Source: Adineta vaga (lineage: Eukaryota; Animalia; Rotifera). Taken from it: a DNA stretch of 64,000 nt. The position numbers were made by a program, and so were the translations under genes. The stretch lies in NCBI GenBank assembly GCA_021613535.1, contig CP075492.1, forward strand, positions 12,648,001-12,712,000, read 5' to 3'. Under the pieces are notes generated by a model. It did not search any database. It was not told the origin of the DNA and was given only the letters and a program-made list of their open reading frames with translations. Of this stretch, positions 11,758-23,914 are shown in pieces; the stretch's first letter is position 1, and every line of letters begins with the position of its first letter.

Positions 11758-14041
11758 ATGGATTACCCAACAAATAATCGGTCACATCCACCACCACCGC
11801 CACCGATGCATCATCAAATGCCACCTCATCCTATGCATCATCCTCAACATCCACTTCTATCAAATCAATTACAACCAATTAATCCTGAAACACATACATC
11901 GATGTGGCTTGATGATCCCTATAATGTTTCTAATGCATCCGCATCACAACGTGATTCTGGATTTAATTCTCGACCAGCTTCATTGCGTAGTATAGATTCA
12001 GCAGTAACAAACACTACTGGTCCAATTCATCATGGACCAGCTACACCTGTTGGTTATGAACAACTTCCACCTCCACCACCATTACCACCCGATCATGAAA
12101 ATATACATCCACAATATGCTGAAATGCAATCAGCACCTGTTCCACCTTCACGACCGGATCCTAATCAAGTCATAGCTGAACTATTAACTTTATTAATGGA
12201 AGATGATCCTGTTATTGTTCGTGAAGCAATTACTGTTACACAAATGTTAGTAAAAGAAGGTGGTGAAGCTCGGTCAGAAGTTATCCGTAATCGTGACGTA
12301 AGATTTCAATTGAATTCACTTATTTGTTAGAAACATCACTTCTTTTTTTTTTGTTAGTTAATTGTTGCTCTTTTGGAAAGTTTTTCAAAAGACGTTGGTG
12401 ATGGTAAAATTATCTATGCACTCGCTAGTTTGTTTCATTCACTTTCTCAACAACAAGAAGGTCTTCGAGCGATACTTGAATGTGGTGGAATTCCACGATT
12501 GATTCAAATCCTCGAGTAAGCGATATCCTTGCATTCTATTTTATATGTCTTATTCTAATTTTAGTTCACCTGATAATATCGTGAATTTTGTTATCACAAC
12601 TTTACATAATTTTCTTATTGTTCTTCAAGAACAATCCGCTAATGAAATCGATCGTGCCAATGGTACACATAGTTTTATTAATTTACTTCAAAGTACTAGT
12701 GAGAAATTGTTAACATTAGTATCTGATTGTCTACTTAAAATGTCCAGTTATAATTTAAATTCGAAATTATTCATTCAAAATAGTGAAGAATGTGTTCAAC
12801 GTCTTCTCTATATATTTGATACATCAAAATATGATAAATTATTATTAACTATATCGAAATTATTTCCCATTATATCATCAGGAAATGAAATCATTAAAAG
12901 AGTATTTTTACAATTCAATGCATTGAGTATATTAGAAAAACAAATTAAAACAACGAAAAGTATTCGAATAAGACATAATTGTTTAATTGCATTAAGAAAT
13001 ATATCTGATCAAGCAACACGAATGGTAAGAAACATCTAACATGAGAGATCTAGTGAAGCGAATGAAATATCCATCAGATTTAGAACTATTCGATGAGTGA
13101 TTTCGAAGAAAAAAGAAACTGATTGTTTTCTTATATTTAGCGTGATGTGGATTCATTAATACAACAATTAACAGGAATTTTAGTAACCGATGATCAACAA
13201 TCCGTCTTATGTTCATTAGGAATTTTAAGTAATTTAACAGCAGACAATCGAACAAATAAAAGTTTATTAGTGAAATTAAATGGTGTACAAGGTTTAATGC
13301 AAAGATTAATGATGAATGCCGATGGAAATGATGATATAATTGAAGGAGCTGTAAGTGAATTTGCTTTTTTGTCTTTTCTACTTGTAAAACGTATTTTTGT
13401 TTTACGTTTTAGTTATGTACTCTTCGACATGTTACTGCTCGTCATGATTTTGAGAACGAAGCTCGTGAAGCAATTCGAAAATCTTATGGAATTGGAAATA
13501 TAATTAAATTATTACGCGATAAAAACTTTAAAGAACATTGGGGAATAATTAAAGCAACAGTTGGATTAATAAAAAATCTTGCTCTATCACCTTCAATTAT
13601 TCCGCAACTATGCGAACAAAATGCGATTCGAAAATTGATTGAATTATTGATCAATATTGATCGTGAACGAATGAAACTTTACGAAGAAAATAAACATCAA
13701 TATTTGCATCAATTTGATGTGATGATTGAACATATTCTTGGAGCATTGAATAATTTGGCGAAAGATTTATCATGTAAAACGATTATTAAAGATACGAATG
13801 TTATTTCAATCTTTGTTCGCGTAAGTTTGATGAAGATTTTGTTTCGATTTGATTTGATTTTTTCTTGAAATTTTAGTATTCACATCTATCGACTTGTTCA
13901 CTACAACAAATCTCGAGTAATTTATTGAAAGAATTAAATATCGATCGTGATCGAATACAATCCAATGATTTATCATCTCATCAACAAGCATTTAATAATA
14001 ATAATAATACTCTGATCGATTCTCGTCATAATCGTCAGTAG
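11758..14041 (+). CDS. CTNNB1: Beta-catenin/armadillo paralog B (phosphodegron present, C-terminally truncated)
   Basis: N-terminal Pro/His-rich region with RDSGFNSRPASLRS. ARM motifs CGGIPRLIQIL, VITTLHNFL, NCLIALRNISD, GILSNLTADNRTNK, LCTLRHVTARH, WGIIKATVGLIKNLAL. Last exon 13877-14041 ends ...LLKELNIDR...HNRQ*. A 5'UTR intron lies at about 11626-11748. Confidence 0.9.
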
Positions 14042-14401
14042 TAACCGAAAATCTCTCTGTTTAAATACGAATATTAATTATTTCCTAGTCATCTGTTATC
14101 TCCCACAATTTTTTTTCTCTTTGAGTTTACAATTCTCTAAATGTGGTAGTCTCTATCTCTGTTTTTCTCTTATCAATCGGCCTATTGTCAGATGTTGTTT
14201 TGTGTATGTATTTTTTTCTTTATATGTGCTTCCTTCGATACATATATATATATATATAAATGTATAAATATTGTGCAATGGACTTGGTGTCAGTTTTTCT
14301 GTTGTAATTTTTCCTCGTTAATTAATTTGGTGTTTTCACCATATTGATCATGCCATACTATGTTCTAGATTTTTACCACTTTTCAACAAACCGATTCAAA
14401 T

Positions 14402-15261
14402 ATGTCTGGTGCCAATGTTTTCTTCGATTGTGCCGTTGATGGCAAACCACTTGGTCGTATCACATTCAAAGTAAATAGATTAAATTTGTATTTCGATCGA
14501 TACTCATTCATTCTTTCCTCTTTTTATTTTATAGCTCTATGATGATGTTGTACCAAAAACAACCGGTATGTTAAACTAGAAAAGACATGTACTTGATTGT
14601 AGAGATGATTTCTTTTCTCTGTTTTCAGCCAATTTCCGAGCTTTATGCACAGGCGAAAAAGGTTTCGGTTATGAAGGAAGCTCATTCCATCGTGTCATTC
14701 CTCAATTTATGCTTCAAGGTAATGAATGATCTTGATAATTATTTTTCAATGAATCTACTGTTCTATTTCTATAGGTGGTGATTTCACACGACAGTAAGTA
14801 AAGACTTCTATGACAGAAACATTTAATTATTACATTATTTCATTCTCTCTTCTTTTCTCTCCATCCAATAGCAATGGTACAGGTGGTAAAAGGTAAATCG
14901 ATACTTTATTTGTAAAATTACCTACTCTCTTTCATTTAGTATCTATGGTGAAAAATTCGCCGATGAAAACTTTAAACTCAAACACACCAAACCCGGTCTT
15001 TTATCTATGGCTAATGCTGGTCCAAACACCAACGGTTCCCAATTCTTCATTACAACTGTTGTAACATCATGGCTCGATGGCAAACATGTAAGATCGTGCG
15101 GAAAGAAATTTTGTTGATTATGCTCTTTTTTCTGTTTCCTAAAGGTTGTCTTCGGTGAAGTTGTTGATGGTATGGATTTTGTCAAGGAAATTGAAGGCTT
15201 AGGCTCACAATCTGGAACACCAAAAAAGAAAATTACAATTACCAAATCTGGTACCCTCTAA
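14402..15261 (+). CDS. Cyclophilin A-type peptidyl-prolyl isomerase, copy 2 (6 introns)
   Basis: Spliced: [135 protein letters not shown]...KSGTL*. Confidence 0.96.
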
Positions 15262-15735
15262 ATTCAATCGAACAAAATCCAACAAATCACATAAACTTTC
15301 ACATTCCTATCTATATTTCAGCTGAGTGTTGTGTATGTTTCTTTGCATCTTCTTCTATTCATTTTATTCTATCCTATCATTAAGTGATATTATTTCTCAA
15401 CTAAGTTATTCAGTTTTTTAGCTAAACATATGCCAAGCAATTTGCTCTTTTTGATTTTTCATTCATACTATACCTGTGCAGTAGTTTTCATTGAAATAAA
15501 CCAAACATTCATGTGATGAGTCTAAAAATTCTTCGTGAATTTCAAATTGAATCATAACAAAATGAAATGAATGAATTCGTTGATCAAGATTGAAAGACGT
15601 AAGTATTTCGTTTAGATAAACTGTGTTGATCAACATGCTGAATGTGATTCATATTTTCCTAATTTTTTTTAAGTAAAAGATTTTTTATACGTTGTCTTTA
15701 TCACATATTTTAGTTCTCCCATTCACGAAGAATAA

Positions 15736-16150
15736 GCTTATGTATTTTATGTTGTATGTACTATATTACCATCATAATATATTACTACAATTATGCAACG
15801 TCATTCCTGTTTAAAAAGGTTCAGATACAATAGATCGAAGAAAGGTGTTATTTGGAAATCGAATAGATTCCTTTAGTACTCTGGAAATGTATGGTCTATG
15901 GGAAAATTGTACAATATTAAATAGATCTATAGTTTGTCAGTCATTGACAGTTGATATTCATATATGATTTTTCAAGTATAAATTCAGAATTGAACAGTAA
16001 TGACTATAACTAAGATGCTTCTATCTCTCTCATGTGCTATGGATGGTTTTGGTCTTTGTATTGGAATTATTTGGATTAATACACTTCTAACACCTCATAT
16101 AGGTCAGTTGGTAGCTATCATTTTGAATATAATTGGTGATGGTATGACAA
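15736..16150 (+). pseudogene. Decayed claudin/PMP22-like paralog of the gene at 16628
   Basis: Fragments AYVFYVVCTILPS* (versus ACILYIVSNGLPLW), YGLWENCTILNRSIVC (GLW-xx-C...C signature) and LVAIILNIIG (versus TAVAVNIIG), interrupted by stop codons. Confidence 0.55.
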
Positions 16151-16627
16151 AAATGCGGTCTTGAAATGTTAACTTCCTTACGATCAGTATCGTTTTTTCT
16201 GTGTTGTTAACGAAAGTTTTGATTTTCAGAAGAGTCAATGAGAAAAATGATAGTTTCTAATATTATGAAAAATAGATAGATATTTAAGGGAAAAGAATTA
16301 CCTTTCTAACCATAAGTAATAATTGTCCTTCTACAATAAATCCAACAAACAATAATATAAAACATGTCTATCAAGATCAAATCTGTTTAGTAGTGAAGGA
16401 GAGACACTGTTCTTTCGTTTATGAAATGCGAGACTAAATTGTCTTCTTCCTGATGTAAACTGATATGAATAATAGTATAAACGGTAATAGTATTTGTCTA
16501 TTAATTTTTTACGTTCTATATCAAGACGAATTCCAAGGATAATCGAAATGAAATAAATACTCTTTGCCAAACAACTCAGCTAGTGTCATTGGATTAACAA
16601 GTGTCTGTCATTTATTAAATGAAACAA

Positions 16628-17317
16628 ATGACTATCGTTGGACGTACAGTAACAATTATTAGTGGTCTTCTTATGATTTTGGCATGTATTCTGTACATTG
16701 TGAGCAATGGTTTACCATTGTGGTATGTAATCTATCACTTTATATATGAGATCGATATTGTCAGGCAAAAATTGACACTTTCTTCGTGACAATATCGATG
16801 AAAAAAAGCGAATATTTCTTCTAGTGCACTTGTTTACAATACGATATATCGCTATAGATATACTTAGGTATCTTATTTTGATTGTAGGGGAAGACAGGAT
16901 CTGAATGAGTCCAAGGGAGCTTTTGGTTTATGGCGTTTATGTGCAGCAAACACAGAGTCCATATATTGTTCAAATCTTCCATTGACATGTTCCCATGAGA
17001 CATCGACCACTCGTGCTTCGTGTTTTAAAATGATTTTTGCTCGAGTATTTATAACACTTGCTTGTCTCATATCAGCTATATCTGCTGCATGTTTATTTGC
17101 ATGCATTGTCATAAAAACAGGATTATATCGAATTATAATTATAACTGCTAAAATTCTTCCTTTGATATCGTTGATTGTTGGTATCATTGGAGTGGCCCTT
17201 GGTATTGCGTTCGCTACCCAATCGCCTCTCAATATTATCGGTGAGGCAGCAATCTTGGGAATTACAGCTGTGGCTGTCAATATAATCGGTGCGATTGTGG
17301 CTTTAATGATTCGATAA
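16628..17317 (+). CDS. Claudin/PMP22/EMP-like four-TM protein
   Basis: Exon 1 MTIVGRTVTIISGLLMILACILYIVSNGLPLW, then exon 2 ...AFGLWRLCAANTESIYC (W...GLW..C...C signature) and three further hydrophobic helices. Confidence 0.8.
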
Positions 17318-17560
17318 AAACATATCGTTTTTTTATTATTTTTTTGTCTTCTGTAATTAGTAAATATAGAATAGAATAAAATATATCTTCATTTCTTTAA
17401 AATACCAATCTTTCAAGGAAGAATACATGTAATACGATGCAAGAAAGGGTGAGACTCTCTGAGATGATAGGATATAGCAGATTCGATACATTGCTGACGG
17501 TAAAAAGAAATTTTCTCTCTTTTTTATTATGTTTAAATGAATTAACGTGAAAAAGCTGAT

Positions 17561-18632
17561 TCAAACACATTTATAATATCGACGAATTTCTTCTATATCA
17601 TTTGCACTCAATGCATTTCGTTGTCCAATCCATACATTTGAATCTTTCGTAATAATAGTTGGTAATCCATTGATTGAGAATGCTGTTTTAGAATAATGCA
17701 TTACAGAATTGTAATCATATGGAAGATCTAATGTATCTGTTGCACTTGCGGAATATTTATTAAAATTATGTTCTCGTCCTAAACAAAACAAAACAAAACA
17801 AAAACGAATTAAAACAACAAATATAATTGATAAAAATTAATATTTACCTGGTTGAACATTATTGAAATCAATAGTTACATAATCATCTCGATCTGTACGA
17901 GATTGTTCATGCCAAAAACCAAGTGCTATAGTGATTATAGATATTGAATGAAACATAAGAGTATAGAAGCTTATTTCTTACCATGAATAAACTCATGCAT
18001 GATAGTTGCTTCACGGATCAACACAATAGGATTTCATTTGTAGTGTAACTGCTTGACCGCCTTCAAAAACACGTCCAACCTTGAAAAAGAATGTGTGTTT
18101 TTTTTCTCATTGAATTTTATAATTTCAATTTACATATGAACTACAACCACTACCATTTTTAATTGAAATGAAATATTTATCATCATTCGTTTTTGGTCGA
18201 AATCGTATACAAAATGAAGCTGCATTTGGATCTAATGAAACGACTCGTTCTAAACGACGCATTCCTGCCATGATTTTTGCTCGATCATTGGCATCTAACC
18301 AAAAATTTTCCAAAACATCAATCAATCACAATTTTCTATGTTACCGTAGTCAGAAGAGATTTCATATGGAACAATTCCATTCGGCCAACGAGCAAATGAA
18401 TCTTTTGCACCGATACCTCGATAGAATGTATCAGATACTAGTAAAATATCGCCTTCATAGTCTCCACCTAGAAAAAAAGTCATGATGATTGAAGTTATTA
18501 GTTGCTATCTATCAATCTACCTATTTCTTCTGGGTTGTCAATATCTGTATTCACTAAAGATCTCTGTTGTGGATAACTGATTGCATAAGTAATCAATACT
18601 AAGAATAGTAAAATGTCTTTTACTTGCATCAT
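17561..18632 (-). CDS. Astacin-family (M12A) zinc metalloprotease with an apparent +1 frameshift in exon 18079-17982
   Basis: Signal peptide [19 protein letters not shown], pro-motif [44 protein letters not shown], Met-turn [17 protein letters not shown]. Confidence 0.88.
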
Positions 18633-19777
18633 ACTTTTCTTTTATTGCGTCGAATCTGTTTCATCCTTCATTTTTTATTTTTATTGATGAAAAATTAACA
18701 TCTGCTGTTTTACCCAGCAACGATTTAAGACGGATAAATATAATTTAATCATAATAATATAGTAATATTAATAAATCAGACCAATTTAGACTTATTCTAT
18801 TTTCATTGAATCATCGATTAGAATATCACATAATACACTTTCAGTATAATCTATAATATTGATCTCTCTCGTAACATTACCAAATGGTATACTATCAAAA
18901 GACTCATCATAGATGATTGTAGAAATCGATAAAACATTCTCTAGATATCTTTATTCTATTACTCATACGTCCTTCATATGAGTTTAATTAAAAATTGATA
19001 CCTTACACATGAAAGTATTGAACTTTGCCTGACAGATGATTTCTAAGTCTTCAAACATTGAATTGTCATTTTGACATATAACCTTATAAAAACTAAAGAT
19101 ATGATTAGATCTCATCTTTTTTGAATGACAAAGTTCAATGTGTCTATGTTCTCTCATGATCAATTCATATTGACGACGTTTCAAGGCCATATTCCCTACG
19201 ATACAAATCACATAGAGTAAGTACATTGAAAAAAAGATGTTCTGTATTAATTCATATCAAATAACAGAATATGATTAGCACTGTTCATCAATCGAACTAT
19301 CAACCTAGTGTCTTTCTCAGATGATGATTTGAAGTCAAATTCATGATCAAAGTATACGAGATATATTTCCTTGTCATTACGGTTGATTACTATTCATGGT
19401 TGAATAGTCGGAAAAAAAGAAGACAAGAAGAAGAAGAAGAAGAAGAAAATTCGAGTTTGACAGAACTGAACATCATCAATCAAATTCCCAATCCAGTTCG
19501 TGACAAAGCTCATTCTTTTTCTCTTTTTCAAAGGCATGCGACATGTCTCTATTGACTTGTAAAGAACTGATAAATTATCATTAGTCATTGGTAAAAGAAT
19601 AAGAAAAAGAATCTGATTCGACACTCGTCAAATGAAGGTAATTAACTGCTCATCTGGAACAAATTAATAATCTTCTATAGAAATTCCTTCTCTCGATTAC
19701 AATCAGATGAATTCTTCTTCTTCTTTTTTTTAGAATCTATTCGATTAAGCTAATTTGATTATGTTAAATAACAATCA

Positions 19778-21351
19778 ATGAATTTGATTCATCTTTTCAT
19801 TCAAAATAAATTATATATTTTCATTAGTTTATTTATCTATATTCTCTTTTGGTTAATATTAACAGTTTATAAACAATCAACAATTACAATCGATTATCAA
19901 CATGAAATTTCATCATCAAATTTTGATTTTATTCTCGAATATTTAACTAAATGTCATATTAATCTTCTCTTAATTGATCCAATAGTACTTGAATATCTTT
20001 TTATTCAACAATTACCTTTCAGGCAATTACAAAAACGCTTGATTACATTTGGTATTTTCAATGATTCGCTTCAATTGATTGAACCCATTCTCTCTATGAG
20101 AAATTTTTCTGTCAAAATTTCAAAAACTGATACAAATACACGGATAGATCATATTTTTATTGAACATAATCAACAGATTATTCATCTAGCTGTTTTACAT
20201 CAACAAAATTCGTATTTTCTTATTCATCAAAATCATCTATCATTACCGACTGATCTTAAACTTTCGTATGGTGATATACTTCGTATAATCGAACCGTAAG
20301 GAACTCGAATATTCATTATTTTCATTCAATTTCGTTTCTAGTAGTGACAATCAATTTATAAGAAGAGAATTTCTATTTACTTTTCCTCAAAATATATCTC
20401 ATTTTTTATGGCTATATAACACATCGGAATTTCTTCAATGTAATCAAACATTAGCGAATGAAATGAAAATGAAATATCATCTCTATCAAAATATAAGTCA
20501 ATTAAATTTAACGATTTTACCAATGAAAACAATTTCGAATGCTTTGACTAAATTTGAAAAACATTATTGGCTTGCTGGTGGGACTTTACTGGGTAAAGAA
20601 AAATTTTGACTATGATTCTGTATTCCTTTTTTTTTCAAAAAATTTGCACAGGTTGGTATCGTCATTGTGGTTTGATACCATACACACAAGATGTGGATTT
20701 CGGTCTTTTCGCTGAAGAATATGATGAAAGTATTCGTAGGTATTTTCTTGGTAATCCTATTGTTTACTTGTGGGGAACATTAGGACTTGTAAGTAGATAA
20801 TATAAAATAAACAATGGAATAGTTTTTTTTCTCTTCTTCTCTAGGTCAATGATTCCTTGGAATATCGTTTATTTACGGGTGAATATACATTTGATCTATT
20901 TTGGGCATATCGTGAAACTAATCATCGATGGTGTGGTTATCAAGTAAAACGAGTCAAATATCGGTAATCATTAAAAAAAAAGGCAAATCTATCGAAAATT
21001 TTCTTTGTTTTAAATAGTCGTATACTTCCATTACTTCCAAAACTTTGTTCATGTGATTTATTTGGTTTTCGCTTTTCTATTCCATGTTCACCAATTGATT
21101 ATCTTAATAATGAATATGGTTATAATCAATGGCAGACACCCTTAGAAAAGAATTATACCTGGATAAATGTAAAATATAATTCCATATGGGACGATCTATC
21201 ATGGATGTATGCTATACGTTTATATACTCGTGATGGAAGAGTTCGGAGAGATAAATATGCGATCGATTGGATTGCAGATCAATTTAACTATTCAATGAAA
21301 ACAAAAGCAACATTTCGAAGTATTCTATGGAAACAAAATGATAGTACATAG
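19778..21351 (+). CDS. FKTN: Fukutin-like / LicD-family nucleotidyltransferase (type II membrane protein)
   Basis: N-terminal TM helix. [27 protein letters not shown] resembles fukutin [27 protein letters not shown] (DxD). Also LGLVNDSLEY and YLNNEYG. Stop at 21349-21351. Confidence 0.8.
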
Positions 21352-22072
21352 TCAATGAAGATTAAATAGTTGCATTTTGTCATGTGAAAAAGTTTATTTT
21401 GTATTTAAAGAAAAATTCTTTTTTGTCTTCAATTGATGAATCATCAATAACTAAAATGATATTTTCATGTTAATTAAGAAGTAGATGTAAGTACAAATCA
21501 TAGATTATTTGTCAGTTTATGTTGAATATGAATCCTTGCATTTCATTGAAAAAATAACAGTGGAGATTCTGATTAATTGTAAACTACAATTATTCAAGTT
21601 GGAATAAAGTATACATGTATTGACACGGATAGAATGTCAAGTAATAGAAAGAAAACAAAAAATAGAGAATATTGTGAAGACGTTTCATGTAGTAATTAAA
21701 TTTCTATTCTCTAAAGCATGATAAGTATCTGTATTGTTGAAAATACGTTCACATACTCTTAGAAAATCAAGGATATGAAATGTGAGATCTTGATTATACT
21801 TCATTTCGTAATTGACTAATACTAAAAGAGTTCTTTTATCAATTGTATGATGAAGTTTACTCTAAATGATGAAGCTATTCTATTAAACGTCTGTTCAATA
21901 CTCATTTCATTAACATATTTGATGTTCTAAAACAAACTTTTCCATATATATATATATAGATAATTTTCAATCTGATCTGCATTAAATATATTGAAGAGAA
22001 AGAAGAGAAACATACACAAAACTAATGTTTAGTATTTCCTTTTTTTATACACACACATAGACATATCGAAAT

Positions 22073-23914
22073 TTATCTTTGTTGAATTCGATCTAATAAG
22101 ATATTCATTTTATCTTGTAAGATAACCATTCCTTGATTGATTTCAATGAGTTTATCTTCCATTTTATCGACTTTTCGTTCCATTAAATTGACTTTTTCGG
22201 ATGTACTTTCGACTGTTGTACCAGTACTACTTTGTATACCATATAGTTCTAATAATGTAACACAATTATCATTTAATTTCCTTTGTTGTTGTTTGATTTT
22301 ACGCATGTAGTGTATCGATGTTAATAATTGTCGTTGGGCTTGAATATATTGAATAATCATATGTTTACCTTTTTGTTTTAAAAACCAAACTTTCCAACCA
22401 TATTTCACAACATTAGCTGCTTGATGTTTATGAGCTTTAGCTAAGTCAATACTTGCAACGAAATTATGAACATATTTTTCTGATCGTGATAATTCAAGTT
22501 TTTGTGATATAACTGCTACAAGTAATGCAGTTGAAAATACACCAATAATGCCAGTAATTGCAGCAATAGCTACATGGAAAAACAATCAAACAAGAAAGAA
22601 AATAATGATTAATTTCAATTTCAATATCTTACTTCGTCCACAATATGTTGATGGAACGATATCACCATAACCTAAAGCATTTTTGTTTCTGAATAACAAA
22701 CAAATGAAACGATGAAACTTACCAATTGTAGTAAATGAAATGATGAATAACCATGTTGCATCAAGTAATGACATGTGTCCAGTTTTTTCATTATAATCAC
22801 ATGCACGCATGGCCCAACTTGCAATGAAAAATGAACTTATGCAAAATGTTGTTAAACTTATAGCTGGATGTTGTTGAATATAAGCTTTAATAACGAATGG
22901 AAATGTAAATGAAACACGATTGAGATAACCAAGTGATTGAGAAGAAGCATCACGAATTAAATGAGACCGAAGCATTAGTAATCGACAAACAAGATATAAT
23001 CGAAAAAACACTAGGTTAAATTTTTGTTTTCAAAAGTTAAAGAAATTGAGACGAGAATTATCAAAGAAAACTTACTTGGTAAACTAAGCATTACATCAAT
23101 GGGTACATAGGCTTTTGATAGATCAGTTGCATTTGTTGATTTTAATAAATCAATCGATGGCGTTGTCGTTGAATTTGATAAAATAATAGTTGTTAATGTA
23201 TTTTGACTAGAACGATATGGATTCATAAAACTGAGACTATCTTCTGCTTTTTTAACGTATTGTGAACCCCATTCAACAAGAAAATGACCAGGAATTGGAT
23301 GTATCACACAAATCAATGCTTCTAATATAATTAAAAAGATTTTCTTTCGTGTCAATGCAATACGCCAATCATCAATGGAATTATCGACACAATAAAGACT
23401 CAAATCAATACGATGATAATAAAAGACTAATCCAACAAGTATAATGGATGTAAATGATATTGTTGCTTTTATAAATAAACTAAATGATGTATCTTTATGA
23501 TCAATACGATTAAATGATAATTCACTTTCAAAAATCATTAATACAATACCAAACATACCAAGAAAACACATTAAATCACCAATAAATCGCCTAAATAAAA
23601 TGAATTCTTGATAATTAAAAGCAAAAAAAAGAGATGAATCATATTCACCGTTTTATATGTAAATTTTTTCGTTTTCCTAAACGATAACCAACATGAGACA
23701 TGAGAGTTTTCTTAGCTACTCGTCGTTGTCGAGTTGGCATACGTCGTAATTCATATTCATTTATTGGGAGATTATTTTGCGGTTTTGATCGCGCTGGTAT
23801 CATTGTTATACTAGTTGACGAAACTGGTGTTGTTTGATCACGCATTTCCATGTATCTAACAACTGGTGATGTTCCAGATTTTAATGGTAAACGTGGATTG
23901 TCGGGTGATGCCAT
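22073..23914 (-). CDS. KCNN: Small-conductance Ca2+-activated K+ channel (SK/KCNN family)
   Basis: VGYRLGKRK, DNSIDDWRIALT, HPIPG, MFFRLYLVCR, DASSQSLGYLNRV, pore TTIG|YGDIVPSTYCGR, and calmodulin-binding region KLELSRSEKYVHNF...HQAANV. Confidence 0.93.

Noticed and set aside
14943-17280. Minus-strand ORFs 14943-15245 and 16873-17280
   Set aside because: Antisense to cyclophilin 2 and to the claudin-like gene.
18984-19624. ORFs between astacin and fukutin (for example GNMALKRRQYELIMREH)
   Set aside because: No recognisable domain or consistent splice structure; possibly a decayed fragment but not supportable.
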